DNA from: an uncultured Acidimicrobiaceae bacterium
GTDB taxonomy: Bacteria; Actinomycetota; Acidimicrobiia; Spongiisociales; ZC4RG35
NCBI GenBank assembly: GCA_964474055.1
Contig: CAYYRT010000252.1
Location: forward strand, 1 to 63,295
Length of the DNA stretch: 63,295 nucleotides
Reading direction: 5' to 3'
This document shows, in pieces, positions 36,957 to 46,170 of this stretch; the stretch's first letter is position 1, and each line of letters starts with the position of its first letter. A program made the translations under genes and the position numbers. The notes under the pieces were generated by a model. It ran no database searches, was not told where the DNA came from, and saw nothing but the letters and a program-made list of their open reading frames with translations.

Positions 36957-38318
36957 ATGAAAGAGGGCGTCCTCTGGGGTTTCGGAGCCGTGGTCACGGT
37001 TGCTCTGGCGGGCCTGCTGGGGGTCGGGGCAGGCGAAGTGATGGTGCTCGCGTTCACTCCTCTAATGGTGTTGGGGATGGTCGGAGTAGGTCGCATGCTC
37101 GCCCGACCGGTCGACCAGAATTGGCTCCCGACCCTTGTGGTGCTCGGGTTTCTGGCCAAGCTGGCAGGCGCCGGGGCCCGTTACTACTTCGTCCGTTACG
37201 TCTACGCCAGCGGCGATGCTTTTGGCTACTACCGGGTCGGCATGGAGTTCGCCGAACAATGGCGGGCAGGAAACCCGCCTGGTTTGAGTGGCAACCGCGG
37301 CGAAGGCACCCAGGCCATGGAGGCCATCGCGGGCGTCGTCTTCACACCCTTCATGCCCGACTTCCTCGGAGGCTTCTTCCTCTTCGCCGCACTCTCCTTC
37401 TTTGGCCAGTTGGCGCTCTATGCAGCCTTTCGCCGGTGGGCACCCGGCTATCAGCTCAAAGCATTCGCCATCTTCATCTTTTTCCTCCCCAGCTATGTGT
37501 TCTGGCCGTCGAGTATCGGCAAAGACGCCGTGATGCTGCTTGGTCTCGGGCTGGCGGCGTACTGCATGGCGCGATTGTTGGAGGCGTTCGCAATCCGCTG
37601 GCTGGTGGCTTTGGGCCTGGCCCTGGCGGGAATCGGATTTGTGAGGATCCACATCTCAGCCCTTGTGATCGGATCACTCCTACTGACCGCTCTCATCGCC
37701 AAGTCGCGTGTTTGGAGCCCGGGACTCGCGCTTCGAAAGACAGCTGTGATAGGTGGGATCGTGTTTATTGGGATCCTGTCGTTGAGCGTATTTCAAGAGC
37801 GATACGGCGCAAATCCCCTCGACACCGATGAAATTGCCTCTTTCTCGGAAGGCGTCGTTGATCGAACATCACAAGGTTCGATCGTGCCGGGGGGGGCCGT
37901 GAGTAGCCCGGCCGATGTACCGGAGGCAATCGTGCTGGTCCTCTTCAGGCCGTTCCCATGGGAGGGAGGCGACCTCCAGGTGAGAATGGCCGGTCTGGAA
38001 ACCAGCCTCCTTCTCGGCCTCCTGGTTTGGAAACTGCCCGCCATGTTCCGCAACCGAAAGCGCTGGCGTTCCAACTCGCTGGTCGTGTTCTCTACCTTCT
38101 ACGTATTCGCCTTCTGTATCGCATTCAGCGTGATCCGCAATCTGGGGATCATCGCCCGTCAACGCACCCAGGTGCTGGCATTCCTCCTGATCATCATCAT
38201 CGCCCTCGGATGGGAACAGAAGACGGGACCAAGACGCCTCACCGGTCACACTTCCAACACGATCGATGAGCGCCAACTGGCACTGACCGAAGGTCGGCCG
38301 GGCCAGGGATTCTCCTAG
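36957..38318 (+). CDS. Polytopic membrane protein (candidate glycan polymerase/ligase-like)
   Basis: 453 aa with >=10 predicted hydrophobic helices and one larger loop. Located at the head of an operon with ST6. No diagnostic motif seen. Confidence 0.45.
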   Translation: MKEGVLWGFGAVVTVALAGLLGVGAGEVMVLAFTPLMVLGMVGVGRMLARPVDQNWLPTLVVLGFLAKLAGAGARYYFVRYVYASGDAFGYYRVGMEFAEQWRAGNPPGLSGNRGEGTQAMEAIAGVVFTPFMPDFLGGFFLFAALSFFGQLALYAAFRRWAPGYQLKAFAIFIFFLPSYVFWPSSIGKDAVMLLGLGLAAYCMARLLEAFAIRWLVALGLALAGIGFVRIHISALVIGSLLLTALIAKSRVWSPGLALRKTAVIGGIVFIGILSLSVFQERYGANPLDTDEIASFSEGVVDRTSQGSIVPGGAVSSPADVPEAIVLVLFRPFPWEGGDLQVRMAGLETSLLLGLLVWKLPAMFRNRKRWRSNSLVVFSTFYVFAFCIAFSVIRNLGIIARQRTQVLAFLLIIIIALGWEQKTGPRRLTGHTSNTIDERQLALTEGRPGQGFS

Positions 38319-38321
38319 CCG

Positions 38322-39224
38322 GTGACTGGGCCTCCATCGCTTCAGGACCGCATCGCCTCGGCCATGTCGGTCGCCACCCGCCGCCGCATCAATATGATGC
38401 GGATCGCCCTCCGTACGCCGATGGCCGGCGGTCGCTCTTGGCCCGACTTCATCGTCATCGGTACCCAAAGGGGTGGGACCAGTTCCCTCTTCAAGTACCT
38501 GTCCTTCCATCCCGAGATCGTCCCGTCGGTCCGCAAGGAGATCGAGTACTTCAACCGATACCTGAGCGAGCACGGACCCAAGTGGTACCGCTCGCACTTT
38601 CCCAGCGAGGCGCGCAGAAGACGTGCTTTGCAAGCCGGCCGCCCATTCGCGACCTTTGAGGCATCTCCGACGTATCTCGATCATCCTCATACCCCGGCGG
38701 CGGTTGCCCGCCTGATGCCGGACCTGAAGCTCATCGTCTTGTTGAGGGACCCCTTAGCCAGAGCCCACTCGCACTACGAGCACATGGTCAGGTTGGGCAT
38801 GGAGCCCTTTCCCTTTGCCCAGGCGGTGCGCTTTGAAGAGGACCGCATTGGCGAAGAGCGATCGAAGGTGTTTGCCGACCCTCTCTATTACTCCCGTCCC
38901 TATACGAGGTACTGCTACGCCTACCGGGGCTTCTATGCGGACCACCTGGGCCGCTGGCTCGATCACTTCGACCGGGCGCAACTGTTGGCCCTCCGCAGTG
39001 AGGACTTCTACTCAGACCCAGCCGCCAGCCTCGGCCGCATCCTCTCGTTTATTGGAGTCGACCCCGACTGGCGACCGGCCGAGTTCGCCAACTTCAGCTA
39101 CCGAAGTGGCCAGAAAGCCGACTACGAGGAGATGGACGCGGCCTCAAGACGCTTCCTCGAGGAGAAGTTCGGACCTCACAACGAACGCCTCATCAAACTA
39201 TTGGGTCCGGAGTTCTCATGGTGA
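38322..39224 (+). CDS. Sulfotransferase (ST6)
   Basis: FIVIGTQRGGTSSL PAPS loop and LLRDPLARAHSHY 3'-PB motif. Confidence 0.85.
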   Translation: MTGPPSLQDRIASAMSVATRRRINMMRIALRTPMAGGRSWPDFIVIGTQRGGTSSLFKYLSFHPEIVPSVRKEIEYFNRYLSEHGPKWYRSHFPSEARRRRALQAGRPFATFEASPTYLDHPHTPAAVARLMPDLKLIVLLRDPLARAHSHYEHMVRLGMEPFPFAQAVRFEEDRIGEERSKVFADPLYYSRPYTRYCYAYRGFYADHLGRWLDHFDRAQLLALRSEDFYSDPAASLGRILSFIGVDPDWRPAEFANFSYRSGQKADYEEMDAASRRFLEEKFGPHNERLIKLLGPEFSW

Positions 39225-39322
39225 GGAGCGGGGATGACCCATTGGCGGACGCGGAGTCGCGGGTTAGATTGCCTGGCAGGGGTGCGGGTGCTGGGCCCGC
39301 CAGGGACTCGGGAGGGTAAATC

Positions 39323-40201
39323 GTGAAGGTATTGGTCACAGGAGCCGCTGGCTTCCTCGGGCGGCACGTCGCTCGACACTTCTCTGACAAAGGCTGGGAC
39401 GTCACCGGTTTCGACCTGGTCGAAAACGGTGAGGGCAAGATCATCGTGGGCGACCTCACCTCAGCCGCATCCATCACCGAAGCTGTCGCCGATCACAACG
39501 TCATCGTCCACATAGGTGCAATCGGAGACGTCTACCTGGCCGGTGAACAACCCTCGCTGGCCGCCGGCGTGAACGTTGTCGGGACCGCAAATGTCATCGA
39601 CGCCGCCCTGCACCACGGTGCCAGGGTGGTGTATGCATCCACCTGGGAGGTTTACGGCCACCCCCGTTACCAGCCGATCGACGAAGACCACCCCACCGCC
39701 CCCGACCATCCTTACAACATCACCAAACTCGCCGGTGAGAGCCTGCTCCTGGCCGCCTGCCGTCTTCGCCAGCTTTCGGGGATGGCGCTCAGGCTCGGCA
39801 CGGCGTTTGGGACCGGGCTGCGTCCAAACTCGGTTTTCCGGATCTTCATCGACCGCGCTCGCAGGGGTGATCCCATCACCATTCAGGGCGACGGGTCGCA
39901 GGGGCGACAGTTCACCCATGCCGCCGATATCGCTCGAGCCTTCGAATTGGCCGCCCGCTCAGACCTCTCCGGTGCCGCTCTCAACATCATCGCCCCGGAG
40001 ACGGTCTCGATCAAAGAACTGGCGGAGCAAGTAGTCAGCCGATTCCCCACCGAACTGACCTTCGGACCACCTCGGCCAGGTGACGTTCCTCCAGCCCTGG
40101 TATCAGCCCGGAGAGCCGGCGATGTGCTTGGGTGGCAAGCGGAAGTCCCCTTCCGCGACGGGCTCGACGATCTGATCGACGATGTCATCAGCGCGGGCTG
40201 A
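39323..40201 (+). CDS. NAD-dependent nucleotide-sugar epimerase (GalE-like extended SDR)
   Basis: VLVTGAAGFLG, ASTWEVYG, YNITK catalytic motif. GTG start preceded by GGGAGGG. Confidence 0.8.
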   Translation: MKVLVTGAAGFLGRHVARHFSDKGWDVTGFDLVENGEGKIIVGDLTSAASITEAVADHNVIVHIGAIGDVYLAGEQPSLAAGVNVVGTANVIDAALHHGARVVYASTWEVYGHPRYQPIDEDHPTAPDHPYNITKLAGESLLLAACRLRQLSGMALRLGTAFGTGLRPNSVFRIFIDRARRGDPITIQGDGSQGRQFTHAADIARAFELAARSDLSGAALNIIAPETVSIKELAEQVVSRFPTELTFGPPRPGDVPPALVSARRAGDVLGWQAEVPFRDGLDDLIDDVISAG

Positions 40202-41297
40202 CCGGCCGCGGATTCTCGTTCTCATCAAGGGTCTCGGTATCGGGGGAGCCGAGCGGCTCATCGTCGAAGCCTCCAAAAGCTGGGATCGCTCGAGCTTCGA
40301 CTATCGAGTCGCCTATGTGCTGCCCTGGAAGGATCAACTGGTCTCCAGGCTGACCGAGGCCGAAGTTCCCGTTGTTTGCATCGGTGGGAAGAGGGGCCTT
40401 GACCCGCTTACGCCGATCAGGCTGCGCCGCCTGATTCGCGACGAACGGATCTCACTGGTCCACGCCCACCTCCCCTCGGCCGGGATCCTGGCACGAGTAG
40501 CGGCCAAGGTCCCGGTCGTCTACACAGAGCACAACCTGGCCGGGTCATATCGCCAGCCCACCCGGACTCTCAATCGCCTCACATATCGAGGGAACGAAGC
40601 CGTTACCGCGGTCTCCGAGGCAGTGGCGAGCAGCGTCGAAGGGTGGGGAGGGCCTCCGGCAACGTTCGTCGCCAACGGCGTTGCGGTCGACGTTGGTCAA
40701 GCCCAGATAGCCGACATCCGCCAGCAGCTGGGTATCGAGCCCGATCTGCCCCTAATTGTTCACGTCGGCAACATTCGGCCACTCAAGGGGCATTCGACGC
40801 TTATCGCAGCTGCGGAATTGCTGGTCAAGCTGTTGCCCGACTTCCTCATTGCCAGCGCGGGAGGCGAAAAGAATCCGGGTGACCTGGAAAGAGTCCGGCG
40901 CCAGGCCAGAGTTGTCGGGGTAGCCAACAAACTCCGTTTTCTGGGGAGAGTGGACGATGCCCGGCCCTTGCTGGCGGCGGCCGACGTCGTGGTCAACCCG
41001 GCCGACGCGGAAGGTCTGCCGGTAGTCCTCCTGGAGGCCCTGGCGCTAGGTAGACCGGTCGTAGCGACTGCAGTCGGAGGAGTGCCAACAATCATCCGCG
41101 ACGGTGAAACCGGTCGGTTGGTGCCGGCGGGTGATCCCGTGGCCCTGGCAGCTGCCCTCGCCGAAGCGATCACCGACGGCGCAGCAAGTTCGCGTTGGGG
41201 AACCGCGGGCGCGGCTCTGGTCGCACAGGAGTATGGGGTCGACAGAATGGTCACCGCCTTCGAGGACATCTACCGACGCCTGCTCACAATGAACTAG
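40182..41297 (+). CDS. GT-B fold (family-4-like) glycosyltransferase
   Basis: RILVLIKGLGIGGAE N-terminus. C-terminal NPADAEGLPVVLLEALALGRPVV motif. Confidence 0.85.
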   Translation: MSSARADRPRILVLIKGLGIGGAERLIVEASKSWDRSSFDYRVAYVLPWKDQLVSRLTEAEVPVVCIGGKRGLDPLTPIRLRRLIRDERISLVHAHLPSAGILARVAAKVPVVYTEHNLAGSYRQPTRTLNRLTYRGNEAVTAVSEAVASSVEGWGGPPATFVANGVAVDVGQAQIADIRQQLGIEPDLPLIVHVGNIRPLKGHSTLIAAAELLVKLLPDFLIASAGGEKNPGDLERVRRQARVVGVANKLRFLGRVDDARPLLAAADVVVNPADAEGLPVVLLEALALGRPVVATAVGGVPTIIRDGETGRLVPAGDPVALAAALAEAITDGAASSRWGTAGAALVAQEYGVDRMVTAFEDIYRRLLTMN

Positions 41298-42232
41298 CCA
41301 GCGCGGCGGCGTGTGGCCGACACCACCGCCACCAGACCGCCAACGATTGCAAAGAACAGCGCAGCCAGGGGCGATAAGAGGTCTTCGACAATCACCAGAA
41401 GGCCGACCCAGACTGCCTGGCCCAGGGCGAATGTGGTCGCCACCCTGCCAGTGCTTCCAATCTCACGTCGGAGCCGGTCGTAGGTGTGATCCCGATCGCC
41501 CACGAACAGGGCTGAGCCCGCTCGGAACCGTCGCAGGACCGTGACGGCCAGGTCAAACAGAGGAGCGCCGATAAGGGCCAAGGCGACTGCCAGTTCCAGG
41601 CCGTTTCTCGAGATCCGGAAAGCGCAAAAAGCCAGAAGCACCCCGATCACGTACGCACCGTTGTCTCCGAGAAAGACCCGCGCCGGCGGGAGGTTCCATG
41701 CGAGGAATCCCGCCACGGCCGCCGCAGCCAATAACGGGAAGATCCAATCGGGTTGGCCGCGGACGGCGGCCAACCAGCCGAACCCTGCCAGTGTCACTGC
41801 GCTCGTCGAGCCGGCGAGGGCATCCAGGCCATCAAGCAAGTTGACAGCGTTGAGACAAACCACAGTGGCAGCCACGATCAGCAAGCCCCGCCACGCGTTC
41901 ACCTCGAACACGCCCAGGATGAGCCCGGCGACACCAGCCGACACCAGCCGGAGGCCCGGGGACAACCCCCAACGATCATCGATCAGGCCAACGATCAGAA
42001 CGAATAGCGAGGCTATCGCCAAGATTGGCAAGAAGCGTTTCGTAACCAGGAGAGCCGCCACAAACCCGCCAAGCACTCCTACTCCCCCCAACGGAACAGC
42101 CGCCACCCTGTGGGTCTTGAGGGACCCATCGGGGAGATCGACAAACCCCCATTTCGGCCCGAAGCGCACAGCGATCGCACACCACGCAGTAGCAACCAGA
42201 ACCGCCGATGCGACCCCGATCAAATCGTTCAA
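41294..42232 (-). CDS. Polyprenyl-phosphate sugar-1-phosphate transferase (MraY/WecA family), initiating enzyme
   Basis: About 10 TM helices. Motifs IGLIDD, NAVNLLDGLDALAG, FLGDNGAYVIG. Confidence 0.85.
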   Translation of the reverse strand: MNDLIGVASAVLVATAWCAIAVRFGPKWGFVDLPDGSLKTHRVAAVPLGGVGVLGGFVAALLVTKRFLPILAIASLFVLIVGLIDDRWGLSPGLRLVSAGVAGLILGVFEVNAWRGLLIVAATVVCLNAVNLLDGLDALAGSTSAVTLAGFGWLAAVRGQPDWIFPLLAAAAVAGFLAWNLPPARVFLGDNGAYVIGVLLAFCAFRISRNGLELAVALALIGAPLFDLAVTVLRRFRAGSALFVGDRDHTYDRLRREIGSTGRVATTFALGQAVWVGLLVIVEDLLSPLAALFFAIVGGLVAVVSATRRRAG

Positions 42233-42238
42233 GTCAGA

Positions 42239-43984
42239 TCAACTCCTCCAGGTCAGCTCCAACGACGGTTCGCCGGGGTGGACCTCGATTAGCTGGTCCT
42301 CAGCGAAGCCCAGCTTGGAATACACCCGAATCGCGGCTGCATTGGCAGCCCCAACTACCACTTTCATACCCTCGAGCTCACGGGCTCGGGCCCACTCCAG
42401 TAGCTCGAGACCCAAACGGTTAGCCAGGCCCCGGCCACGGGCTGCTGGAGCGACCGCCATCGACAGCAACTCTGCCTTGACTTCTCCCGGCGCATTCGAT
42501 CCATATCCTCGTGTTTCCCGCATCCTGGTCACCATCCCCGGCCGGAGTCGGGTGAGGATTGCCAAACCAGCCGCCGGGGCATAACGGCGGGCAAAACGTC
42601 GATAGAACCGACCCGTGTCGAGTGTTCCGGCGACAAATCCGACGACCACGCCATCCCGTTCGGCCACCAGGACCGCGCTATCGGGATCCTGGATCATCGC
42701 CCGATATAACACGGAGAGAAACCCCGGGCCCAGGCTGGAGAGAAACCCCGTGTCGATGCCCTGAATGTGCAAGTCCGCCACCGCCCGACGATCGCCGATT
42801 CGTGCTGGGCGCACAACATCGCGGGTAGGTCCCGGGGGCCAGGCCAGCCCCTTCTTGATCGACTGGCGCCGGTAGACATCGATCACGGTTGAGACGATCA
42901 ACCGCTCGTCGAAATGAGACCGGGCCCGAAGGTAGGCACGCTCGCCCATGGTGGCCCGCGTGTCATTGTCCTCTCCCAGGCGGCGCAGCTCCCCGGCGAG
43001 CGCATCGCTGTCGCCCACTGGCACCAGAACACCGGTGACCCCGTCCTCCACCACCTGGCGACACCCACGGATGTTGGTGGCGACTATCGGAAGGCCAGAC
43101 GCCGCCGCCTCCATCGCCGCCCGGGGAAAGCCCTCCCGAAAGCTGGGGAGTGCGAAGAGATCGAAGCCGCCGTAGAGCTCCTCGACATCGGTGCGCATTC
43201 CCAGAAACCGGACCCCACCGGCTGCCGCTTCATCAACCAGGGCGCGATCAAGGGCATCCGACTTGGTCGGGTCATCGGGACCGACGGCCACGAAGCGAAA
43301 TCTCGGATCGGCGATGATTCGCGACGCCTCAAAGAACTGCCGATAACCCTTCTCCTCCACCAATCGCCCGACCATGCCTACAACGATGTCGTCGGGACCC
43401 GCCCCCAATTCCGCCCGCACCTTGGCTCGGGCCGAGCGGGCCTTACCCGGCTCGAATCGGGCCAGATCGACGCCGTTGCCCAAAAGGGTCAGCTTGTGAT
43501 CCGGGTAGAGCCAGAGCCGACGCAGAAGCTCGATGTCTTCAGGGTTCTGAGCGAGCTCATGGTCAGAGAAACGAGCTGCCAGGGTTTCGAGGCCGTAAAC
43601 CAGAGCCCTCTTGAGGAGCGGGTCTTCCTCCGTCGCATAGAGCCCGTGAATGGTGTTGACGATGATCGGCACCCCGGCCAGCCGCCCCACGATCCTCCCG
43701 TAAACACCGGGCTTGGGGTTGTGGGTGTGGAGGATGTCCACCTTCTCGCTGCGCAGGATTCGCCAAAGCTGACGGGCAGCCCTGAGGTCCGATACCAGCG
43801 ACATCCCCCGCGTCGAGCTGGTTAAAGCCACATGGCGGATTCCGGCTGCCTCCAACGCAGCTACATCGGGTCCGGGGGCGCTGATACCGATGGCTTCGCC
43901 ACCCAGATCGCGGATTGCCTGAAGTTGAGGAAAGACCAGATAACGAAGACTGAGATCAACAGTCGTGAGATGGGCGACCTTCAT
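42239..43984 (-). CDS. Fusion: GT-B (family-4-like) glycosyltransferase + C-terminal GNAT acetyltransferase domain
   Basis: N-terminal ~375 aa carry MKVAHLTT ... ALPSFREGFPRAAMEAAASGLPIV. C-terminal ~180 aa carry the GNAT acetyl-CoA motif LLSMAVAPAARGRGLANRLG. Confidence 0.8.
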   Translation of the reverse strand: MKVAHLTTVDLSLRYLVFPQLQAIRDLGGEAIGISAPGPDVAALEAAGIRHVALTSSTRGMSLVSDLRAARQLWRILRSEKVDILHTHNPKPGVYGRIVGRLAGVPIIVNTIHGLYATEEDPLLKRALVYGLETLAARFSDHELAQNPEDIELLRRLWLYPDHKLTLLGNGVDLARFEPGKARSARAKVRAELGAGPDDIVVGMVGRLVEEKGYRQFFEASRIIADPRFRFVAVGPDDPTKSDALDRALVDEAAAGGVRFLGMRTDVEELYGGFDLFALPSFREGFPRAAMEAAASGLPIVATNIRGCRQVVEDGVTGVLVPVGDSDALAGELRRLGEDNDTRATMGERAYLRARSHFDERLIVSTVIDVYRRQSIKKGLAWPPGPTRDVVRPARIGDRRAVADLHIQGIDTGFLSSLGPGFLSVLYRAMIQDPDSAVLVAERDGVVVGFVAGTLDTGRFYRRFARRYAPAAGLAILTRLRPGMVTRMRETRGYGSNAPGEVKAELLSMAVAPAARGRGLANRLGLELLEWARARELEGMKVVVGAANAAAIRVYSKLGFAEDQLIEVHPGEPSLELTWRS

Positions 43985-46170
43985 TTGTGTCTGCGAGCCC
44001 CCGCAACCCGGTCGATCGCGGCGCGGTACCGATCGAAGGCATGGGAGAGCAAGAAGCGCGAACTCACGTGGTTACGCGCCGCCTCACCCATCCGGCTCCT
44101 CAGGTCGGGGTCATCGGAAAGACGGCTCAAAGCCTTGGCCGCCTCAATGACGTCGCCCGCCGGGACGACAAAACCCGTGATCCCATCTACGATTGCCTCG
44201 GCTACTCCGCCAACGTTGAAGCCGACCGCCGGTATCCCGGACGCACCCGCCTCCAGCACCGCACCCGGAAGTCCCTCGGTGCGTGAGGTGAGAAGGAGGA
44301 CATCGGCCCACGCCAGATGTTCACTCACATCGTCAACGGCGCCTATCAAGTCCACGGAGCCGTCCAGCCCTAGGCTCGCCGAGCGTGCGGTGAGCCTGTC
44401 AGCGAGCGGGCCGGCGCCCAGGAAACGCAGTCGGCCCTGGTGGCCGTTCGACCACTGAGCAAAGACCTCCACCGCGGTCTCGGGGTCCTTCTCGGTGCTG
44501 AGGCTCCCCATAACCAGGACACGCATCTCCGTTCGAGATGAACGGAACGGAATCGCCAATAGCTCGGACGGAACCCCGGTTTCGGCGACTACCACCTTGG
44601 CCGCTGGCTGACCAAGGTCGACCAACTGCTCGGCGGTAGCGGACGAAACCGCCAGGATCAGATCAGTCCTTGAAAGGAGATAGCGCTGGAATCTTCGTCG
44701 GAGGCGGCCCCGCGACCAAAACCGCGGTTCGCCGACCGATGCGTAGATGAAGCCGGGCCGGTGACGCATTCCGAACAGGGCGGCGGCGGTGTATTTGAGA
44801 GTGGCAGACCCGTTGGCCAGCACCACTTCCGATCCGGTCTCCCGCAGCCGGTGCCGGAGCCGAAAAATCAGCCGAAGACCGAAGCGGGGCAGTTGGCGAC
44901 CGGCTTCGCGCAATGGTGTGGCGGCCACCTCCGGACCTTCCAGAGTCCGGGACAGCGCCACCAGGTCGCTCTGCCAGCCAGATCCGAACAGCCCCAGCCC
45001 CAATTGTTCCCCGAACACTTCTGCGCCGCGGCGACGGGTGCTGGACACGATGATGGTTACCACCGGCGGTCCTGCCGTGACCGGTTCGGTCCGAACATTG
45101 CGCCACCAGCCAGGCACTGCCAGCGGCGCCCGGGCCGCCAACTGCATACGTTCGCCAAGCTTGTCGTGCAAGAGCACCATCGCCAGGTTGAGAAGGTGCG
45201 GGCGATGCCCGTTGAAGTAGACAGGATCGATCGATCGAACCAATCGCTCTGTTGCCCCGACGGGCGCACTGGAGATCCGCAACCTGGCCAGAACCGAATC
45301 CGGGATCGGAGCATCAACCCACAACCTGGCAAGGAAAAGGGCAACGTAGGTGGTGGAGCGGAGATCGTGCCTACTGGCGTATTCGATAATCGCCTCCCAG
45401 TCTGGTGAGCGCAGCCCCAGCTCCAGTAGATCGCGAGACAGGATCAGGCGAAATCGGTGATCGAGGGTGGCATGGGTGCACAGGAAAACCCACACCGCCG
45501 CGGGAGGGAGCTGCCAAAGCGGACCAAGATTCGAGCCGGGCTCGAAGGACGCTCGGGTCCACGCGTCGGCGGTGGCCTGGCTGGCACTCCCCCGGAGCTG
45601 TCGGTACGAGAAGAGATCCCAATGCAGGTCAACCGCGAACGTCACCCCGGAGGGATCGTGAATCGGAATCTCACGTTTGTCGGCCTGGGGCCGCTGGCCC
45701 GGGATCGAGCGAACGTGTTCATAAGCGGCCAGGATTTGGAGGGCCCTGGCCAGGTCCTCCCGCGGCACCAAGAGATCGAGGTCCGAAAACGTCCGGTGCA
45801 TTGGGTGGCGGTATGCGTTGTCGGCGAGCCACGGCCCTTTCAGAAGCGCCACCGGAACCCCGGCCCCGGCAAACTCGACTGCCAGGCGGCGAAGATGGAG
45901 GCGCATGATCTGTTGTCGGGCCGCCAGGCGCGCGTAAACAGGAGAGGCGGCGGGCCAGAACGAAGATGCTGCAGGGTCAGCCAGGAGACCCATCAGCCCG
46001 TGCCGATAGGCGGCTTCCAGAAGCGACATCGAGCCTTCCGGGTGGGGCCCAGCAACACCGCCGGCAACGCGCAGCAGCCACTCCGACGGGTTTGTCCGAT
46101 CCCCACTCATCCTGTTCCACCTGTAGTAGGCCCGATTTAGGATATCCGGGTGGGGTTGGATGGATCGCAT
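43981..46170 (-). CDS. Fusion: 'uncharacterised nucleotidyltransferase' (NTP_transf_5-like) domain + C-terminal GT-B glycosyltransferase
   Basis: N-terminal LLKGPWLADNAYRHPMHRTFSDLDLLVPREDL ... VDLHWDL matches my memory of the NTP_transf_5 family. The C-terminal half has LLTSRTEGLPGAVLEAGASGIPAV. Confidence 0.7.
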   Translation of the reverse strand: MRSIQPHPDILNRAYYRWNRMSGDRTNPSEWLLRVAGGVAGPHPEGSMSLLEAAYRHGLMGLLADPAASSFWPAASPVYARLAARQQIMRLHLRRLAVEFAGAGVPVALLKGPWLADNAYRHPMHRTFSDLDLLVPREDLARALQILAAYEHVRSIPGQRPQADKREIPIHDPSGVTFAVDLHWDLFSYRQLRGSASQATADAWTRASFEPGSNLGPLWQLPPAAVWVFLCTHATLDHRFRLILSRDLLELGLRSPDWEAIIEYASRHDLRSTTYVALFLARLWVDAPIPDSVLARLRISSAPVGATERLVRSIDPVYFNGHRPHLLNLAMVLLHDKLGERMQLAARAPLAVPGWWRNVRTEPVTAGPPVVTIIVSSTRRRGAEVFGEQLGLGLFGSGWQSDLVALSRTLEGPEVAATPLREAGRQLPRFGLRLIFRLRHRLRETGSEVVLANGSATLKYTAAALFGMRHRPGFIYASVGEPRFWSRGRLRRRFQRYLLSRTDLILAVSSATAEQLVDLGQPAAKVVVAETGVPSELLAIPFRSSRTEMRVLVMGSLSTEKDPETAVEVFAQWSNGHQGRLRFLGAGPLADRLTARSASLGLDGSVDLIGAVDDVSEHLAWADVLLLTSRTEGLPGAVLEAGASGIPAVGFNVGGVAEAIVDGITGFVVPAGDVIEAAKALSRLSDDPDLRSRMGEAARNHVSSRFLLSHAFDRYRAAIDRVAGARRHK

